Of a stretch of 64,000 nucleotides of DNA, positions 41,640 to 51,229 are shown piece by piece; the stretch's first letter is position 1; each line of letters opens with the position of its first letter. The notes beneath the pieces are model-generated. The model was not told where the DNA came from, searched no databases, and worked only from the letters and a program-made list of their open reading frames with translations. Source of the DNA: a virus; the UHGV virus genome UHGV-0142425; one strand, given 5' to 3'. The position numbers were made by a program, and so were the translations under genes.

Positions 41640-43346
41640 TTGAGTAACTTACGCGAATACCAGAATCGTATTGCAGATATCGCAAAACGCTCTAAAGCTG
41701 TGCTTGGCTGGGCAAGCACTGCGCAGTTCGGTACTGATAACCAATTCATTAAAGATGATGCCGCGCGTGCCGCATCTATCCTTGAAGCTGCACGTAAAGA
41801 CCCGGTTTTTGCGGGTATCTCTGATAATGCCACCGCTCAAATCGCTACAGCGTGGGCAAGTGCACTGGCTGACTACGCCGCAGCACATAAATCTATGCCG
41901 CGTCCGGAAATTCTGGCCTCCTGCCACCAGACGCTGGAAAACTGCCTGATTGAGTCCACCCGCAATAGCATGGATGCCACTAATAAAGCGATGCTGGAAT
42001 CCGTCGCAGCAGAGATGATGAGCGTTTCTGACGGTGTTATGCGTCTGCCTTTATTCCTCGCGATGATCCTGCCTGTTCAGTTGGGGGCAGCTACCGCTGA
42101 TGCGTGTACCTTCATTCCGGTTACGCGTGACCAGTCCGACATCTATGAAGTCTTTAACGTGGCAGGTTCCTCTTTTGGTTCTTATGCTGCTGGTGATGTT
42201 CTGGACATGCAATCCGTCGGTGTGTACAGCCAGTTACGTCGCCGCTATGTGCTGGTGGCAAGCTCCGATGGCACCAGCAAAACCGCAACCTTCAAGATGG
42301 AAGACTTCGAAGGCCAGAATGTACCAATCCGAAAAGGTCGCACTAACATCTACGTTAACCGTATTAAGTCTGTTGTTGATAACGGTTCCGGCAGCCTACT
42401 TCACTCGTTTACTAATGCTGCTGGTGAGCAAATCACTGTTACCTGCTCTCTGAACTACAACATTGGTCAGATTGCCCTGTCGTTCTCCAAAGCGCCGGAT
42501 AAAGGCACTGAGATCGCAATTGAGACGGAAATCAATATTGAAGCCGCTCCTGAGCTGATCCCGCTGATCAACCACGAAATGAAGAAATACACCCTGTTCC
42601 CAAGTCAGTTCGTTATCGCGGCTGAGCACACGGTACAGGCGGCGTATGAAGCACAGCGTGAATTTGGTCTGGACCTGGGTTCCCTACAGTTCCGCACCCT
42701 GAAGGAATACCTGTCTCATGAACAGGATATGCTGCGTCTTCGCATCATGATCTGGCGCACTCTTGCGACCGACACCTTTGACATCGCTCTGCCGGTTAAC
42801 CAGTCCTTTGATGTATGGGCAACCATCATTCGTGGCAAATTCCAGACTGTATATCGCGACATTATTGAGCGCGTTAAATCTTCTGGTGCGATGGGGATGT
42901 TTGCTGGTGCTGATGCAGCATCTTTCTTCAAACAGTTGCCGAAGGATTTCTTCCAGCCAGCCGAAGACTATATCCAGACTCCGTATGTTCACTACATCGG
43001 TACCCTGTTCGGTAACGTGAAAGTGTACGAAGTACCTGCTGGTATTTGTAAGAACTTAACGACAGAGAACATTCAGTTCAGCTCGATGGATGTGCTGTGC
43101 TACGTCCGTGATGAAAATCCGGGTAAAGCAGGCTTCGTGACTGGTGATGCTGTCCCGGCGATCCCGTTCCAGCATCCGACCACTCCGGCGCTGGTCAACC
43201 GTACCACACTGTGGGGTTCGGCTATCAACGATATGCACCCACGCAACGGCGCTGATTACTTCACTCGTGTAACGCTGACAATGGCCAAAAAAGGCGGGCT
43301 TAACTTCATAAGCGGCGACACGATTGATGCCGGTGACTCTGAGTAA
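41640..43346 (+). CDS. Major capsid protein candidate (P1 gp23-like), about 568 aa
   Basis: Size about 63 kDa and position next to par; TTG start with AGGAAG RBS; family not verified. Confidence 0.4.
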   Translation: MSNLREYQNRIADIAKRSKAVLGWASTAQFGTDNQFIKDDAARAASILEAARKDPVFAGISDNATAQIATAWASALADYAAAHKSMPRPEILASCHQTLENCLIESTRNSMDATNKAMLESVAAEMMSVSDGVMRLPLFLAMILPVQLGAATADACTFIPVTRDQSDIYEVFNVAGSSFGSYAAGDVLDMQSVGVYSQLRRRYVLVASSDGTSKTATFKMEDFEGQNVPIRKGRTNIYVNRIKSVVDNGSGSLLHSFTNAAGEQITVTCSLNYNIGQIALSFSKAPDKGTEIAIETEINIEAAPELIPLINHEMKKYTLFPSQFVIAAEHTVQAAYEAQREFGLDLGSLQFRTLKEYLSHEQDMLRLRIMIWRTLATDTFDIALPVNQSFDVWATIIRGKFQTVYRDIIERVKSSGAMGMFAGADAASFFKQLPKDFFQPAEDYIQTPYVHYIGTLFGNVKVYEVPAGICKNLTTENIQFSSMDVLCYVRDENPGKAGFVTGDAVPAIPFQHPTTPALVNRTTLWGSAINDMHPRNGADYFTRVTLTMAKKGGLNFISGDTIDAGDSE

Positions 43347-43406
43347 TCAGGGGAAGTTCTCCGTTTAACATAGCGCCCCCGTGCGGGGCGCATAACAGGG
43401 AAAGTT

Positions 43407-44996
43407 ATGTCTCAATATTCAATTCAACAGTCATTAGGTAATGCATCCGGCGTCGCGGTTAGCCCGATCAATGCCGATGCGACGTTATCTACCGGTGTTG
43501 CATTAAATAGCAGCTTGTGGGCTGGTATTGGCGTATTTGCGCGTGGCAAGCCGTTTACTGTTCTCGCTGTTACTGAGTCCAATTACGAAGATGTTCTCGG
43601 CGAACCGCTGAAACCGTCTTCCGGCTCACAGTTCGAACCAATTCGTCATGTGTACGAAGCTATTCAGCAAACGTCTGGTTATGTTGTTCGTGCTGTTCCG
43701 GATGATGCGAAATTCCCGATTATTATGTTCGATGAATCAGGCGAACCAGCTTACAGTGCGTTGCCATACGGTTCTGAAATTGAACTTGATAGCGGCGAAG
43801 CCTTTGCTATCTACGTTGATGATGGTGATCCGTGTATTTCACCTACCCGTGAGTTAACCATCGAAACGGCAACAGCGGACAGTGCGGGCAATGAACGCTT
43901 CCTCTTAAAACTGACCCAGACGACTTCGCTCGGTGTGGTAACGACCTTGGAGACACACACTGTGTCTTTGGCGGAAGAAGCGAAAGATGACATGGGCCGC
44001 TTGTGTTATCTGCCTACGGCTCTGGAAGCCCGTTCTAAATATCTGCGCGCGGTTGTTAATGAAGAGCTGATTTCGACAGCGAAAGTAACAAACAAAAAAT
44101 CGTTGGCGTTCACCGGTGGTACCAACGGTGATCAATCGAAAATCTCAACTGCTGCGTACCTGCGTGCGGTGAAAGTGCTGAACAATGCCCCGTACATGTA
44201 CACCGCTGTTCTTGGCCTGGGCTGCTATGACAATGCGGCGATCACTGCGTTAGGTAATATCTGTTCTGATCGCCTGATTGATGGCTTCTTTGATGTTAAA
44301 CCGACATTGACGTACACGGAAGCGCTGTCTGCTGTTGAAGATACCGGTTTACTTGGTACCGATTATGTAAGCTGTTCTGTCTATCACTACCCGTTCTCCT
44401 GCAAAGACAAATGGACCCAATCCCGTGTGGTCTTTGGTCTGTCTGGCGTGGCGTACGCGGCGAAAGCTCGTGGCGTCAAGAAGAACTCTGATGTCGGCGG
44501 TTGGCATTACTCACCGGCTGGTGAAGAACGTGCCGTCATTGCTCGTGCGTCAATTCAACCGCTGTATCCGGAAGATACCCCGGACGAAGAAGCAATGGTC
44601 AAGGGCCGTCTCAATAAAGTATCTGTTGGCACCTCTGGCCAGATGATCATCGACGATGCTTTAACTTGCTGCACGCAGGATAACTATCTGCACTTCCAGC
44701 ACGTCCCATCCCTGATGAATGCAATCAGCCGTTTTTTTGTCCAGTTAGCCCGCCAGATGAAGCATAGCCCGGACGGTATTACTGCGGCTGGCCTGACTAA
44801 AGGGATGACCAAACTTTTAGATCGCTTTGTCGCCTCCGGCGCTCTGGTGGCTCCTCGTGATCCTGATGCTGACGGTACAGAACCGTATGTGCTGAAAGTT
44901 ACGCAGGCGGAATTCGATAAATGGGAAGTAGTCTGGGCCTGCTGCCCGACTGGCGTAGCCCGTCGTATCCAGGGCGTACCGCTGCTTATTAAGTAA
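43407..44996 (+). CDS. Contractile tail sheath protein candidate (P1 gp22-like), 529 aa
   Basis: Size about 57 kDa; upstream of a tube-like gene; family not verified. Confidence 0.4.
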   Translation: MSQYSIQQSLGNASGVAVSPINADATLSTGVALNSSLWAGIGVFARGKPFTVLAVTESNYEDVLGEPLKPSSGSQFEPIRHVYEAIQQTSGYVVRAVPDDAKFPIIMFDESGEPAYSALPYGSEIELDSGEAFAIYVDDGDPCISPTRELTIETATADSAGNERFLLKLTQTTSLGVVTTLETHTVSLAEEAKDDMGRLCYLPTALEARSKYLRAVVNEELISTAKVTNKKSLAFTGGTNGDQSKISTAAYLRAVKVLNNAPYMYTAVLGLGCYDNAAITALGNICSDRLIDGFFDVKPTLTYTEALSAVEDTGLLGTDYVSCSVYHYPFSCKDKWTQSRVVFGLSGVAYAAKARGVKKNSDVGGWHYSPAGEERAVIARASIQPLYPEDTPDEEAMVKGRLNKVSVGTSGQMIIDDALTCCTQDNYLHFQHVPSLMNAISRFFVQLARQMKHSPDGITAAGLTKGMTKLLDRFVASGALVAPRDPDADGTEPYVLKVTQAEFDKWEVVWACCPTGVARRIQGVPLLIK

Positions 44997-45005
44997 GGGA
45001 ATACA

Positions 45006-45821
45006 ATGAGCAAAAACTTTTTTCAATCCGGGGCATTTTTGGGGAATGGACTGTCCCGTTTCGCTTTGAACTCTGATCCTGTGCAGCTGATGGAGTCTGC
45101 CCGGGCAAGCGCCGAACCGCCAACAGATCCGGTTATTAATAATAATCCGGAACCGGCGGCACAGATTAACGAGAACGTTCCACCTGACCAGGCTCCTGGG
45201 CAAATCCTGGAAGGGAAAGAAGGTAAAGAATGGACCGTTGAACAGGCGCACCAGATGATTCTGGAAGCTGCAAATCGAAGTGCTATGCAGAATGCGTTGA
45301 GTGATGCGGCCGACGCCGTTTTCGCCTGGGCTGATAGCGGTGATCTGACTTTCGACTCCCTTGATGGTTTCGTTCAGGCTATCGCTGGTATCTCTGATGA
45401 CGACGACTCCGAAGCTACAGAAGAACAGGACGATGCCTATAACGAAGCATGGGCAAATGTTGCTGACTTCCTCGCAGCATGCGGTGTAGATGATGACCTG
45501 ATCGAAGCACTGGCTGACGATGAAGACGACGACGCAGCTGCTGATGTTGGTGCCTCTATCGCTGGTTTAGATAGCGACGACCGTGACGAACTGGAAGCGG
45601 CGTTTGTTGTTGCTGGCACTTCTGATGAAATGCTGACTGAAGCATTTAAGAAGGTTGTTCGTAACGGTGAGATCAAACTCATCCGTAAACGCCTGCGTAA
45701 AAAACGTCTGACTGCGGCTCAAAAATCGGCGCTGAAAAAAGCGCGTCGAAAAGCCCAGACCGGTGCGGCAAAACTTGCCCGCAAAAAGTCAATGAAACTG
45801 CGCCGTAAGCGCCTTGGCTAA
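45006..45821 (+). CDS. Hypothetical protein with Asp/Glu-rich core and Lys/Arg-rich C-terminal tail, 271 aa
   Basis: Composition read from translation. Confidence 0.5.
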   Translation: MSKNFFQSGAFLGNGLSRFALNSDPVQLMESARASAEPPTDPVINNNPEPAAQINENVPPDQAPGQILEGKEGKEWTVEQAHQMILEAANRSAMQNALSDAADAVFAWADSGDLTFDSLDGFVQAIAGISDDDDSEATEEQDDAYNEAWANVADFLAACGVDDDLIEALADDEDDDAAADVGASIAGLDSDDRDELEAAFVVAGTSDEMLTEAFKKVVRNGEIKLIRKRLRKKRLTAAQKSALKKARRKAQTGAAKLARKKSMKLRRKRLG

Positions 45822-45856
45822 AGGAGGAGGCCGGAGAACTCCGGCCTTTAACTTGA

Positions 45857-46438
45857 ATGGCACCTATACCTTATGGGGTTTACAGCCAGGCTGATGGTGT
45901 ATCGCCATTTCTGAAAGTTACTTTAACGAACTCTCAGTACCAGGTTACCGGATATATCAGCCAGGGGGCAGCAATGAACATGGCCCAGAATTGGGAAGCG
46001 CCGTTTACCGGTATGTCCATGGGGTCTGTTGCTGGTGCCTTCAGTGGTTTTGCGCAGGTTGGTACTGAAACAACGTCGGTGGCCCGTTGGAACAGCTTAA
46101 TGGTTTGGGAGGGGGGAACACCGCCGACGTTCACGCTGCCAGTAACTTTCATCGCTTTGTTTGACCCATTCACGGAGGTTTCAGGAGCTATCGCCGCATT
46201 GTCAGCGATGATTAGCCCGGAACTTAAAGATGCCAGTATTGGTGGTCGAATCCCGGAGCGTGTGACGCTAAACATTGGTCGCCGGATCAACATCATTGAT
46301 GTCGCTATCCAGGACATAAGTTTCGATCTCGATGCGCCCAGGGACAGCAATGGGCATTTCCTGAAAAACACCGTCAACCTCCAGTTGACCGGTTCTTCGA
46401 TATATAACAGCTCCGATATTGTTCGGGCGTTCCAGTAA
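45857..46438 (+). CDS. Hypothetical tail-associated protein, 154-193 aa
   Basis: Alternative start at 45974 with AGGGGG RBS. Confidence 0.4.
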   Translation: MAPIPYGVYSQADGVSPFLKVTLTNSQYQVTGYISQGAAMNMAQNWEAPFTGMSMGSVAGAFSGFAQVGTETTSVARWNSLMVWEGGTPPTFTLPVTFIALFDPFTEVSGAIAALSAMISPELKDASIGGRIPERVTLNIGRRINIIDVAIQDISFDLDAPRDSNGHFLKNTVNLQLTGSSIYNSSDIVRAFQ

Positions 46439-46449
46439 AAGGATTTTAT

Positions 46450-46959
46450 ATGGGGCACAATAACACTAAGGGAAACCGTAAATTTATTAAGGGCCGCTAT
46501 ACTGCCAACGCGGCCAAAGGCGAACGACTGGTATCTTCTGAATTCCAGCTCACTTTTGCAGGCTATGAAGATATCAGTGTACTTGTTCGTACGTCGCAAA
46601 TCCCTGAAATGACTCGCGAGGATGTGGAGGACTATGGTCCGAATGGTGTGAAGTTCAACCAGCACGGACCAATTCGAAACTCTGGGGAAATCCAGGTCCA
46701 GTGCGTGGAGACTATCGAAGGCGATATTCTTCAGTTCATTAAGGATCGCATTGCGGCGAAGGACTATGTTGATATCACGATGGCTGCTACCCCTGAATCC
46801 AAATCTTCCGGGGTTAACGCTGTGACAAAAGCTGCTACAACAATTGAAATGTTGGACTGCAAAATCTACAGTGATGCAATCGACTTTAGTACCGAAGATG
46901 TGACTGCCGCTGTGCGCCCGTCACTTCGTATCGTCTACAACTGGATTGAGTGGGATTAA
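46450..46959 (+). CDS. Tail tube protein candidate (T4 gp19-like), 169 aa
   Basis: Size and weak C-terminal resemblance to T4 gp19; follows the sheath candidate. Confidence 0.4.
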   Translation: MGHNNTKGNRKFIKGRYTANAAKGERLVSSEFQLTFAGYEDISVLVRTSQIPEMTREDVEDYGPNGVKFNQHGPIRNSGEIQVQCVETIEGDILQFIKDRIAAKDYVDITMAATPESKSSGVNAVTKAATTIEMLDCKIYSDAIDFSTEDVTAAVRPSLRIVYNWIEWD

Positions 46960-46975
46960 GAGTCATCCCTTGTAT

Positions 46976-47004
46976 TTTAAAGCTCCTTCGGGAGCTTTTT
47001 TATT
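46976..47004 (+). terminator. Rho-independent terminator after the tube gene
   Basis: AAAGCTCC-TTCG-GGAGCTTT followed by TTTTTATTT. Confidence 0.7.
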
Positions 47005-47075
47005 TGGAGAGGAAAGGGTGCATTGAGGATACCTGACACACGAAGAGTGGCGGGGATCTCTCCCCGCCAGGTCTC

Positions 47076-47231
47076 TTACCTTTCAGATTCGTAGGCTGTG
47101 AAGACAGTGACCTCCGTCTGGCCGGTTCGGATTCGTACCTCGCAGAGGTCTTTCCTCGTTACCAGTGCCGTCACAATGACGGTTAAACAGATGACGATCA
47201 GAGCGATTAACACCGCTTTTTGCTGCTTCAT
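47076..47231 (-). CDS. hok: Hok/Gef-family type I toxin, 51 aa (MKQQKAVLIALIVICLTVIVTALVTRKDLCEVRIRTGQTEVTVFTAYESER)
   Basis: Read manually; AGGAGA RBS; Hok/Gef signature ...TRKDLCEVRIRTG...; overlapping mok frame present. Confidence 0.7.
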   Translation of the reverse strand: MKQQKAVLIALIVICLTVIVTALVTRKDLCEVRIRTGQTEVTVFTAYESER

Positions 47232-47289
47232 AGCCTGCTTCTCCTTGACCTTTTGGTCGGTAAGAGGCTAATCTACGTATGCTAAGCAT
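47083..47289 (-). CDS. mok: mok-like overlapping reading frame (68 aa)
   Basis: ORF track frame overlapping hok in another frame, as in hok/mok/sok loci. Confidence 0.4.
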   Translation of the reverse strand: MLSIRRLASYRPKGQGEAGYEAAKSGVNRSDRHLFNRHCDGTGNEERPLRGTNPNRPDGGHCLHSLRI

Positions 47290-47320
47290 AGATACGGCCT
47301 CAGATTAATGTTAAGCGTCT
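47235..47320 (+). ncRNA. sok: Expected position of a Sok-like antisense RNA; boundaries not determined
   Basis: Inference from hok/mok architecture; promoter not mapped. Confidence 0.2.
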
Positions 47321-47412
47321 TGCAGGACGCGTAATGTTATCTGGGGCTTTCTTCTATCTGCTTTTCGGGTAATGCCTGAAGCAGATAGCCTCAAGCACCC
47401 GCAACGATTGTA

Positions 47413-47658
47413 TCAATGTCTGGCTTTTTTTCTATAGAAATCACCTGGAAGGGTGAATATCCACATCAGAAGAAATGTTGCAGCAAACATGATCCCTAAT
47501 GGCCAGACCGCGCCAAAGAAAATCCATACTAAGATCTCCTCTGCTCGTTCTTTGCGGTCGATATCGACAAGCATTTTTCGGCTGATCATGTATACACAGA
47601 AGCCAATACAAACATATCCTGCAAAAGCGATCGCTAACTGTAAAAAATCAGATTGCAT
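47413..47658 (-). CDS. Small membrane protein with two hydrophobic helices, about 81 aa
   Basis: Start at MQSDFLQ with GAGGTCGGAG RBS; ORF track extends to 47739. Confidence 0.4.
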   Translation of the reverse strand: MQSDFLQLAIAFAGYVCIGFCVYMISRKMLVDIDRKERAEEILVWIFFGAVWPLGIMFAATFLLMWIFTLPGDFYRKKARH

Positions 47659-47708
47659 CTCCGACCTCAAACTGAAAACGCCAGGTAACTCCAGATTAGA
47701 GCAATCTA

Positions 47709-48554
47709 TCACCCTCTGAATCCTGCCGGTATACCCCATTGTTCGTTATCTTTATTTTTGGCTAAAACCGCATTAAGAGCTTCGTTTACCGTCATGCAAT
47801 GCGGCAGATTATCGAAGTTTGATACCCCGCCAATATCAGGAGAACGCTTGTTCTTCAGGTAAGCATATTTCCGCGCTGCCGCCTCTACTTTCTGCTTGAA
47901 CTCATGTTTTTGAGCGCGTTTTTTGGATAACCGCAGATTGTCAGCCTTTGCTTTTGCCTCAGCGATCCATGAAGTCAATTTTTTGAGTCTGGTCGTTCCG
48001 GCACCGCCGGAAACTGATCTTTTTGTTTTTTTAACTTGTGACTTCTTATTCTTTATTGCCACGTCATCCTGACAGGGGGAGGGGGTATCATTTTGACATG
48101 GGGGTGTGGATAAAAAATTAAATAAAGCCAATGTCTTAGCGAGAACAGCTTTAACCTTGGTTGCCGCTGAAGAGATCTTTAATTTGCTTTCAATCAGCGC
48201 ATTTTTGGCTTGTTGTGCGAAGGCCAAAAAGGATGGTGTAAACCGGTACAGGTTAGCGCGACGTTCACGGTGATCGCCGATAACAATCTCTACAGACAGA
48301 ATTCCTTTGTTTACAGCTTCACGGAATGCACGAACGACGGTTGATTGGCTATAACCAGTTTCTGCCGCGATCAGGCGGTGAGGCTTGTGAATGAAGTATT
48401 CACTGGTTGTTGCCGCTAGATTTGCACATTGCGACAGGATATGCCCGGCGCTACGGGATAGACCGGAGTGTGTTACAAAGCAGGCCAATTCATAGCCAGA
48501 AAAAGTAAAATCGCTCATCGTTATACAGCTCAGGAAAGTGACTTTAGCCAGCAT
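47709..48554 (-). CDS. repL: Lytic replication initiator RepL, 281 aa
   Basis: Recognised as P1 RepL; downstream of kilA. Confidence 0.8.
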   Translation of the reverse strand: MLAKVTFLSCITMSDFTFSGYELACFVTHSGLSRSAGHILSQCANLAATTSEYFIHKPHRLIAAETGYSQSTVVRAFREAVNKGILSVEIVIGDHRERRANLYRFTPSFLAFAQQAKNALIESKLKISSAATKVKAVLAKTLALFNFLSTPPCQNDTPSPCQDDVAIKNKKSQVKKTKRSVSGGAGTTRLKKLTSWIAEAKAKADNLRLSKKRAQKHEFKQKVEAAARKYAYLKNKRSPDIGGVSNFDNLPHCMTVNEALNAVLAKNKDNEQWGIPAGFRG

Positions 48555-48583
48555 TACAATGCTGGTGGTTCTTACTACGTCTG

Positions 48584-49384
48584 TTAGCGCGTTGCCGCGA
48601 CAGGTACCAGCACACCAGCATCAAGCAATCGCTTCATCAGCCACTGCTGACCTTTGCCGGTTATACGAGTCGTGAAAGAAATCCTGCTTCCATTGCTTGT
48701 ATCGATCACGGTTTCTTTAAGGGTGAAATACCCACGGGATATGTATTCTTGTTTGGGGACGTTCCTGCGTTCACCGGTTGCGATCAGAATTCCGTTATCA
48801 CGCAACCAGGTGAAGAGATAGTTTTGGCCCAGGCCGAGCACTTTGGCATAGTTTCCGATTAGAACCCCGCTGGCGGTAGCAACGCGTTCGGCGAATTCGA
48901 CTTTAGGTGCATCCATAAGCATTTTTTGCTCCAGCCGTTGCTTTTGCTCTGCCAGGTCGGCAGCCAAACGGAGAGCTTCAGGGAGACTCTGCGGAATAGC
49001 AGGTTGTAATCTTCCGGCTCGATAGTCGATAAATGTCTGGTTTACCTTCAGCCGAAACGCGGGAGAAATCCAGCCTGCGTACTCCACAGCGAGCAATTCA
49101 TGGGCAAAAGTGCCGCCGCCACGGCCTTCGAACGAAACTATGCAATTCTGCATAGTTTCTTTTTCAAGCTCTTCGATGAGCTGTTTGGCTGACAGCGTTC
49201 TTAGCCATTGAGCTGGCGCTTTATGGGCACCGAGTCCGCTCGCTCTGTGTAGAGCATTAAGGTTGTAACGGCCAGCGCGGTCGGTCGTAATTTCAACACC
49301 ACAAATAACAGGCAGAGTGGTTGAAGGATCGACATTTTGATGAAGGTTTGATATATTCATATCCGCATTGAATGTTTGTTGCAT
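48584..49384 (-). CDS. kilA: KilA (KilA-N domain plus ANT/KilA-C domain), 266 aa
   Basis: C-terminal domain paralogous to Ant; C1 operator upstream. Confidence 0.75.
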   Translation of the reverse strand: MQQTFNADMNISNLHQNVDPSTTLPVICGVEITTDRAGRYNLNALHRASGLGAHKAPAQWLRTLSAKQLIEELEKETMQNCIVSFEGRGGGTFAHELLAVEYAGWISPAFRLKVNQTFIDYRAGRLQPAIPQSLPEALRLAADLAEQKQRLEQKMLMDAPKVEFAERVATASGVLIGNYAKVLGLGQNYLFTWLRDNGILIATGERRNVPKQEYISRGYFTLKETVIDTSNGSRISFTTRITGKGQQWLMKRLLDAGVLVPVAATR

Positions 49385-49453
49385 TTTTTCTCCAAATTTG
49401 CATCAACCTTCAATCACCAGCTCGAAATGGTGATTCTTTGCACTTAGAAAACG

Positions 49454-49470
49454 AAATTTATTAGAGCAAA
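49454..49470 (-). promoter_or_regulatory. C1 operator (16/17) upstream of kilA-repL
   Basis: AAATTTATTAGAGCAAA. Confidence 0.7.
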
Positions 49471-49548
49471 TTTTTCTAACTCGATCCAGATCGGGTTGGT
49501 CGATCTGCTCAGAAACCTGCCAGTTTGCTGGCAGGTTTTTTTCTTTTG

Positions 49549-50586
49549 TTAACCTATTGCTACTGGTTTTAACAAACCAGCATCAAGTAGCTTGCGAGTT
49601 AACCACTGCTGGCCTTTACCCGTTAATTGGGGCGTCAGCCGTATCTGGTAGCCATTTTCATCATCCAGCACCACTTCTTTCACCGTGAAATACCCGGCGT
49701 TGATGTACTGTTGGCGCGGTACGTTTTTGCGCGCTCCAAAAGCCATGAGAATGCCGTTCTGGCGCAACCATGAGAAAAGGGCGTTTTGCTTAAGTCCAAC
49801 GACCTTTGCAAAGTTCCCGATCAGGATTCCATTGGCCACTGATACCCGGTCGGCAAAATCGACTTTAGGGGCTGCGGCCACCAGCTGTTGTTCCAACTGC
49901 ATTTTCTGTTCTGCTAACTCGGCAGCCAGGCGTAGGGCTTCTGGTAATGTCTGGGGGATCGATGGGGTAGGGGAGTTTGCCTGCTGTAATTCTTCCAGTT
50001 TGTCGATCAGCGAACGGCGGACCGCTTTTGACTCGCGCGCGGCGACTCGCAGGGCTTGTTTGAAAGTCATGGTTATGACAAGCATTGATGTTTTGTTCAT
50101 TTTTTCCACTACACTTTTTGTGTAGTGCTCACCATCAAGCTCATCGAGTATTTTTTCGATGAATTTGTTGTTCCGAACCTCTGATTCCCCACATAACTTA
50201 CGCGCTTCATTGACCATCTTTAACAGTGTCAGGCTGTCGATTGTGTCTCCGGTGTTGGGGATGATATTCACGGCTGGTGCTGGCGTAGCTGAAGCAACAG
50301 GCGCTGGTTTTTCAACATTTAAATTATTACCGGTCATTCTATGTGCCTCCTTTCTCATTTCTGCTGCCACTGTTGCGTAACGTAGACGTCCTTGTTCAAT
50401 CAAATAATCCCTGATCTCGGCTATCAGTAGCTTGTTGATCACAGCCTTATCTGTTCGGGTATAAAAACGTCTGGTTATCATGAAATAGTTGGCAATTGCG
50501 CCGGGGATCTCCCGTGTCGGCATACAGGCAGTATGCAGGGCGATCGCTTCGGCTATGTCATTACGGGTGACGAGAGGTTTTTTCAT
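49549..50586 (-). CDS. ant: Antirepressor Ant, 345 aa
   Basis: Position downstream of icd/c4; C-terminal domain shared with KilA. Confidence 0.7.
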   Translation of the reverse strand: MKKPLVTRNDIAEAIALHTACMPTREIPGAIANYFMITRRFYTRTDKAVINKLLIAEIRDYLIEQGRLRYATVAAEMRKEAHRMTGNNLNVEKPAPVASATPAPAVNIIPNTGDTIDSLTLLKMVNEARKLCGESEVRNNKFIEKILDELDGEHYTKSVVEKMNKTSMLVITMTFKQALRVAARESKAVRRSLIDKLEELQQANSPTPSIPQTLPEALRLAAELAEQKMQLEQQLVAAAPKVDFADRVSVANGILIGNFAKVVGLKQNALFSWLRQNGILMAFGARKNVPRQQYINAGYFTVKEVVLDDENGYQIRLTPQLTGKGQQWLTRKLLDAGLLKPVAIG

Positions 50587-50804
50587 AAACCCCCCTGAAC
50601 GTCGGCAGAGAAGGGGAGGTTCCAGTAACTAAGTGAATTGCGCGAGTTAGTTGAAAAACGGGCAGTAAAAATGCAGGGGCCATCAGGCAATTGAGAGCGT
50701 GCTTCGTCTTCAGTTGCTGCGATAACGAAGTGATAGTGGTGTTTTTTACAGGAATAGAAACGCCAGATGAATTCTTGGCGTGCGCAAGGATTGGCATTAA
50801 CCAT
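50583..50804 (-). CDS. icd: Icd (cell-division inhibitor), 73 aa, overlapping the ant start
   Basis: Size and position between c4 and ant as in P1. Confidence 0.6.
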   Translation of the reverse strand: MVNANPCARQEFIWRFYSCKKHHYHFVIAATEDEARSQLPDGPCIFTARFSTNSRNSLSYWNLPFSADVQGGL

Positions 50805-50809
50805 AGTTA

Positions 50810-50900
50810 CGGCCTCGTAAGTTGATAAACAACCTGCGACCCGCTGCTAAACAGGTGGCAGGACGTGACGGGGTTAGCAGACTGGCACTTACGAAACCAG
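50810..50900 (-). ncRNA. c4: c4-like antisense repressor RNA region; boundaries approximate
   Basis: Non-coding structured segment immediately upstream of icd; inference from P1 immI. Confidence 0.4.
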
Positions 50901-51116
50901 CAGGCCGAAGCCTCCCCATCACGCCCCACCATAATTCGGGCGTAACGTGGTTTACGGACACAAAAATACCGCAATATCGGAAATCTGCGGTTGTCCGCGT
51001 AAGTATTCAGGCTGCTAAACCCGGTCGCAGAATTTGCTACGACGGCGGAACTATAAGCCTGAACGATTAAAAGGTCAATATGATGCGAAAAGATAGCATT
51101 CGCGACTTAAAAATAC

Positions 51117-51132
51117 AAATTTATTAGAGCAT
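51117..51132 (-). promoter_or_regulatory. C1 operator-like site upstream of the c4-icd-ant unit
   Basis: AAATTTATTAGAGCAT (one-base deletion relative to consensus). Confidence 0.55.
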
Positions 51133-51229
51133 TACTTGTTTAATAAATACACAGTTGGATCTAATAACCTCTTTTTTTTAAAGGCGAAAATATGTACCCT
51201 AAATGAGTTATAAGGCAGGTGAGGTTATA

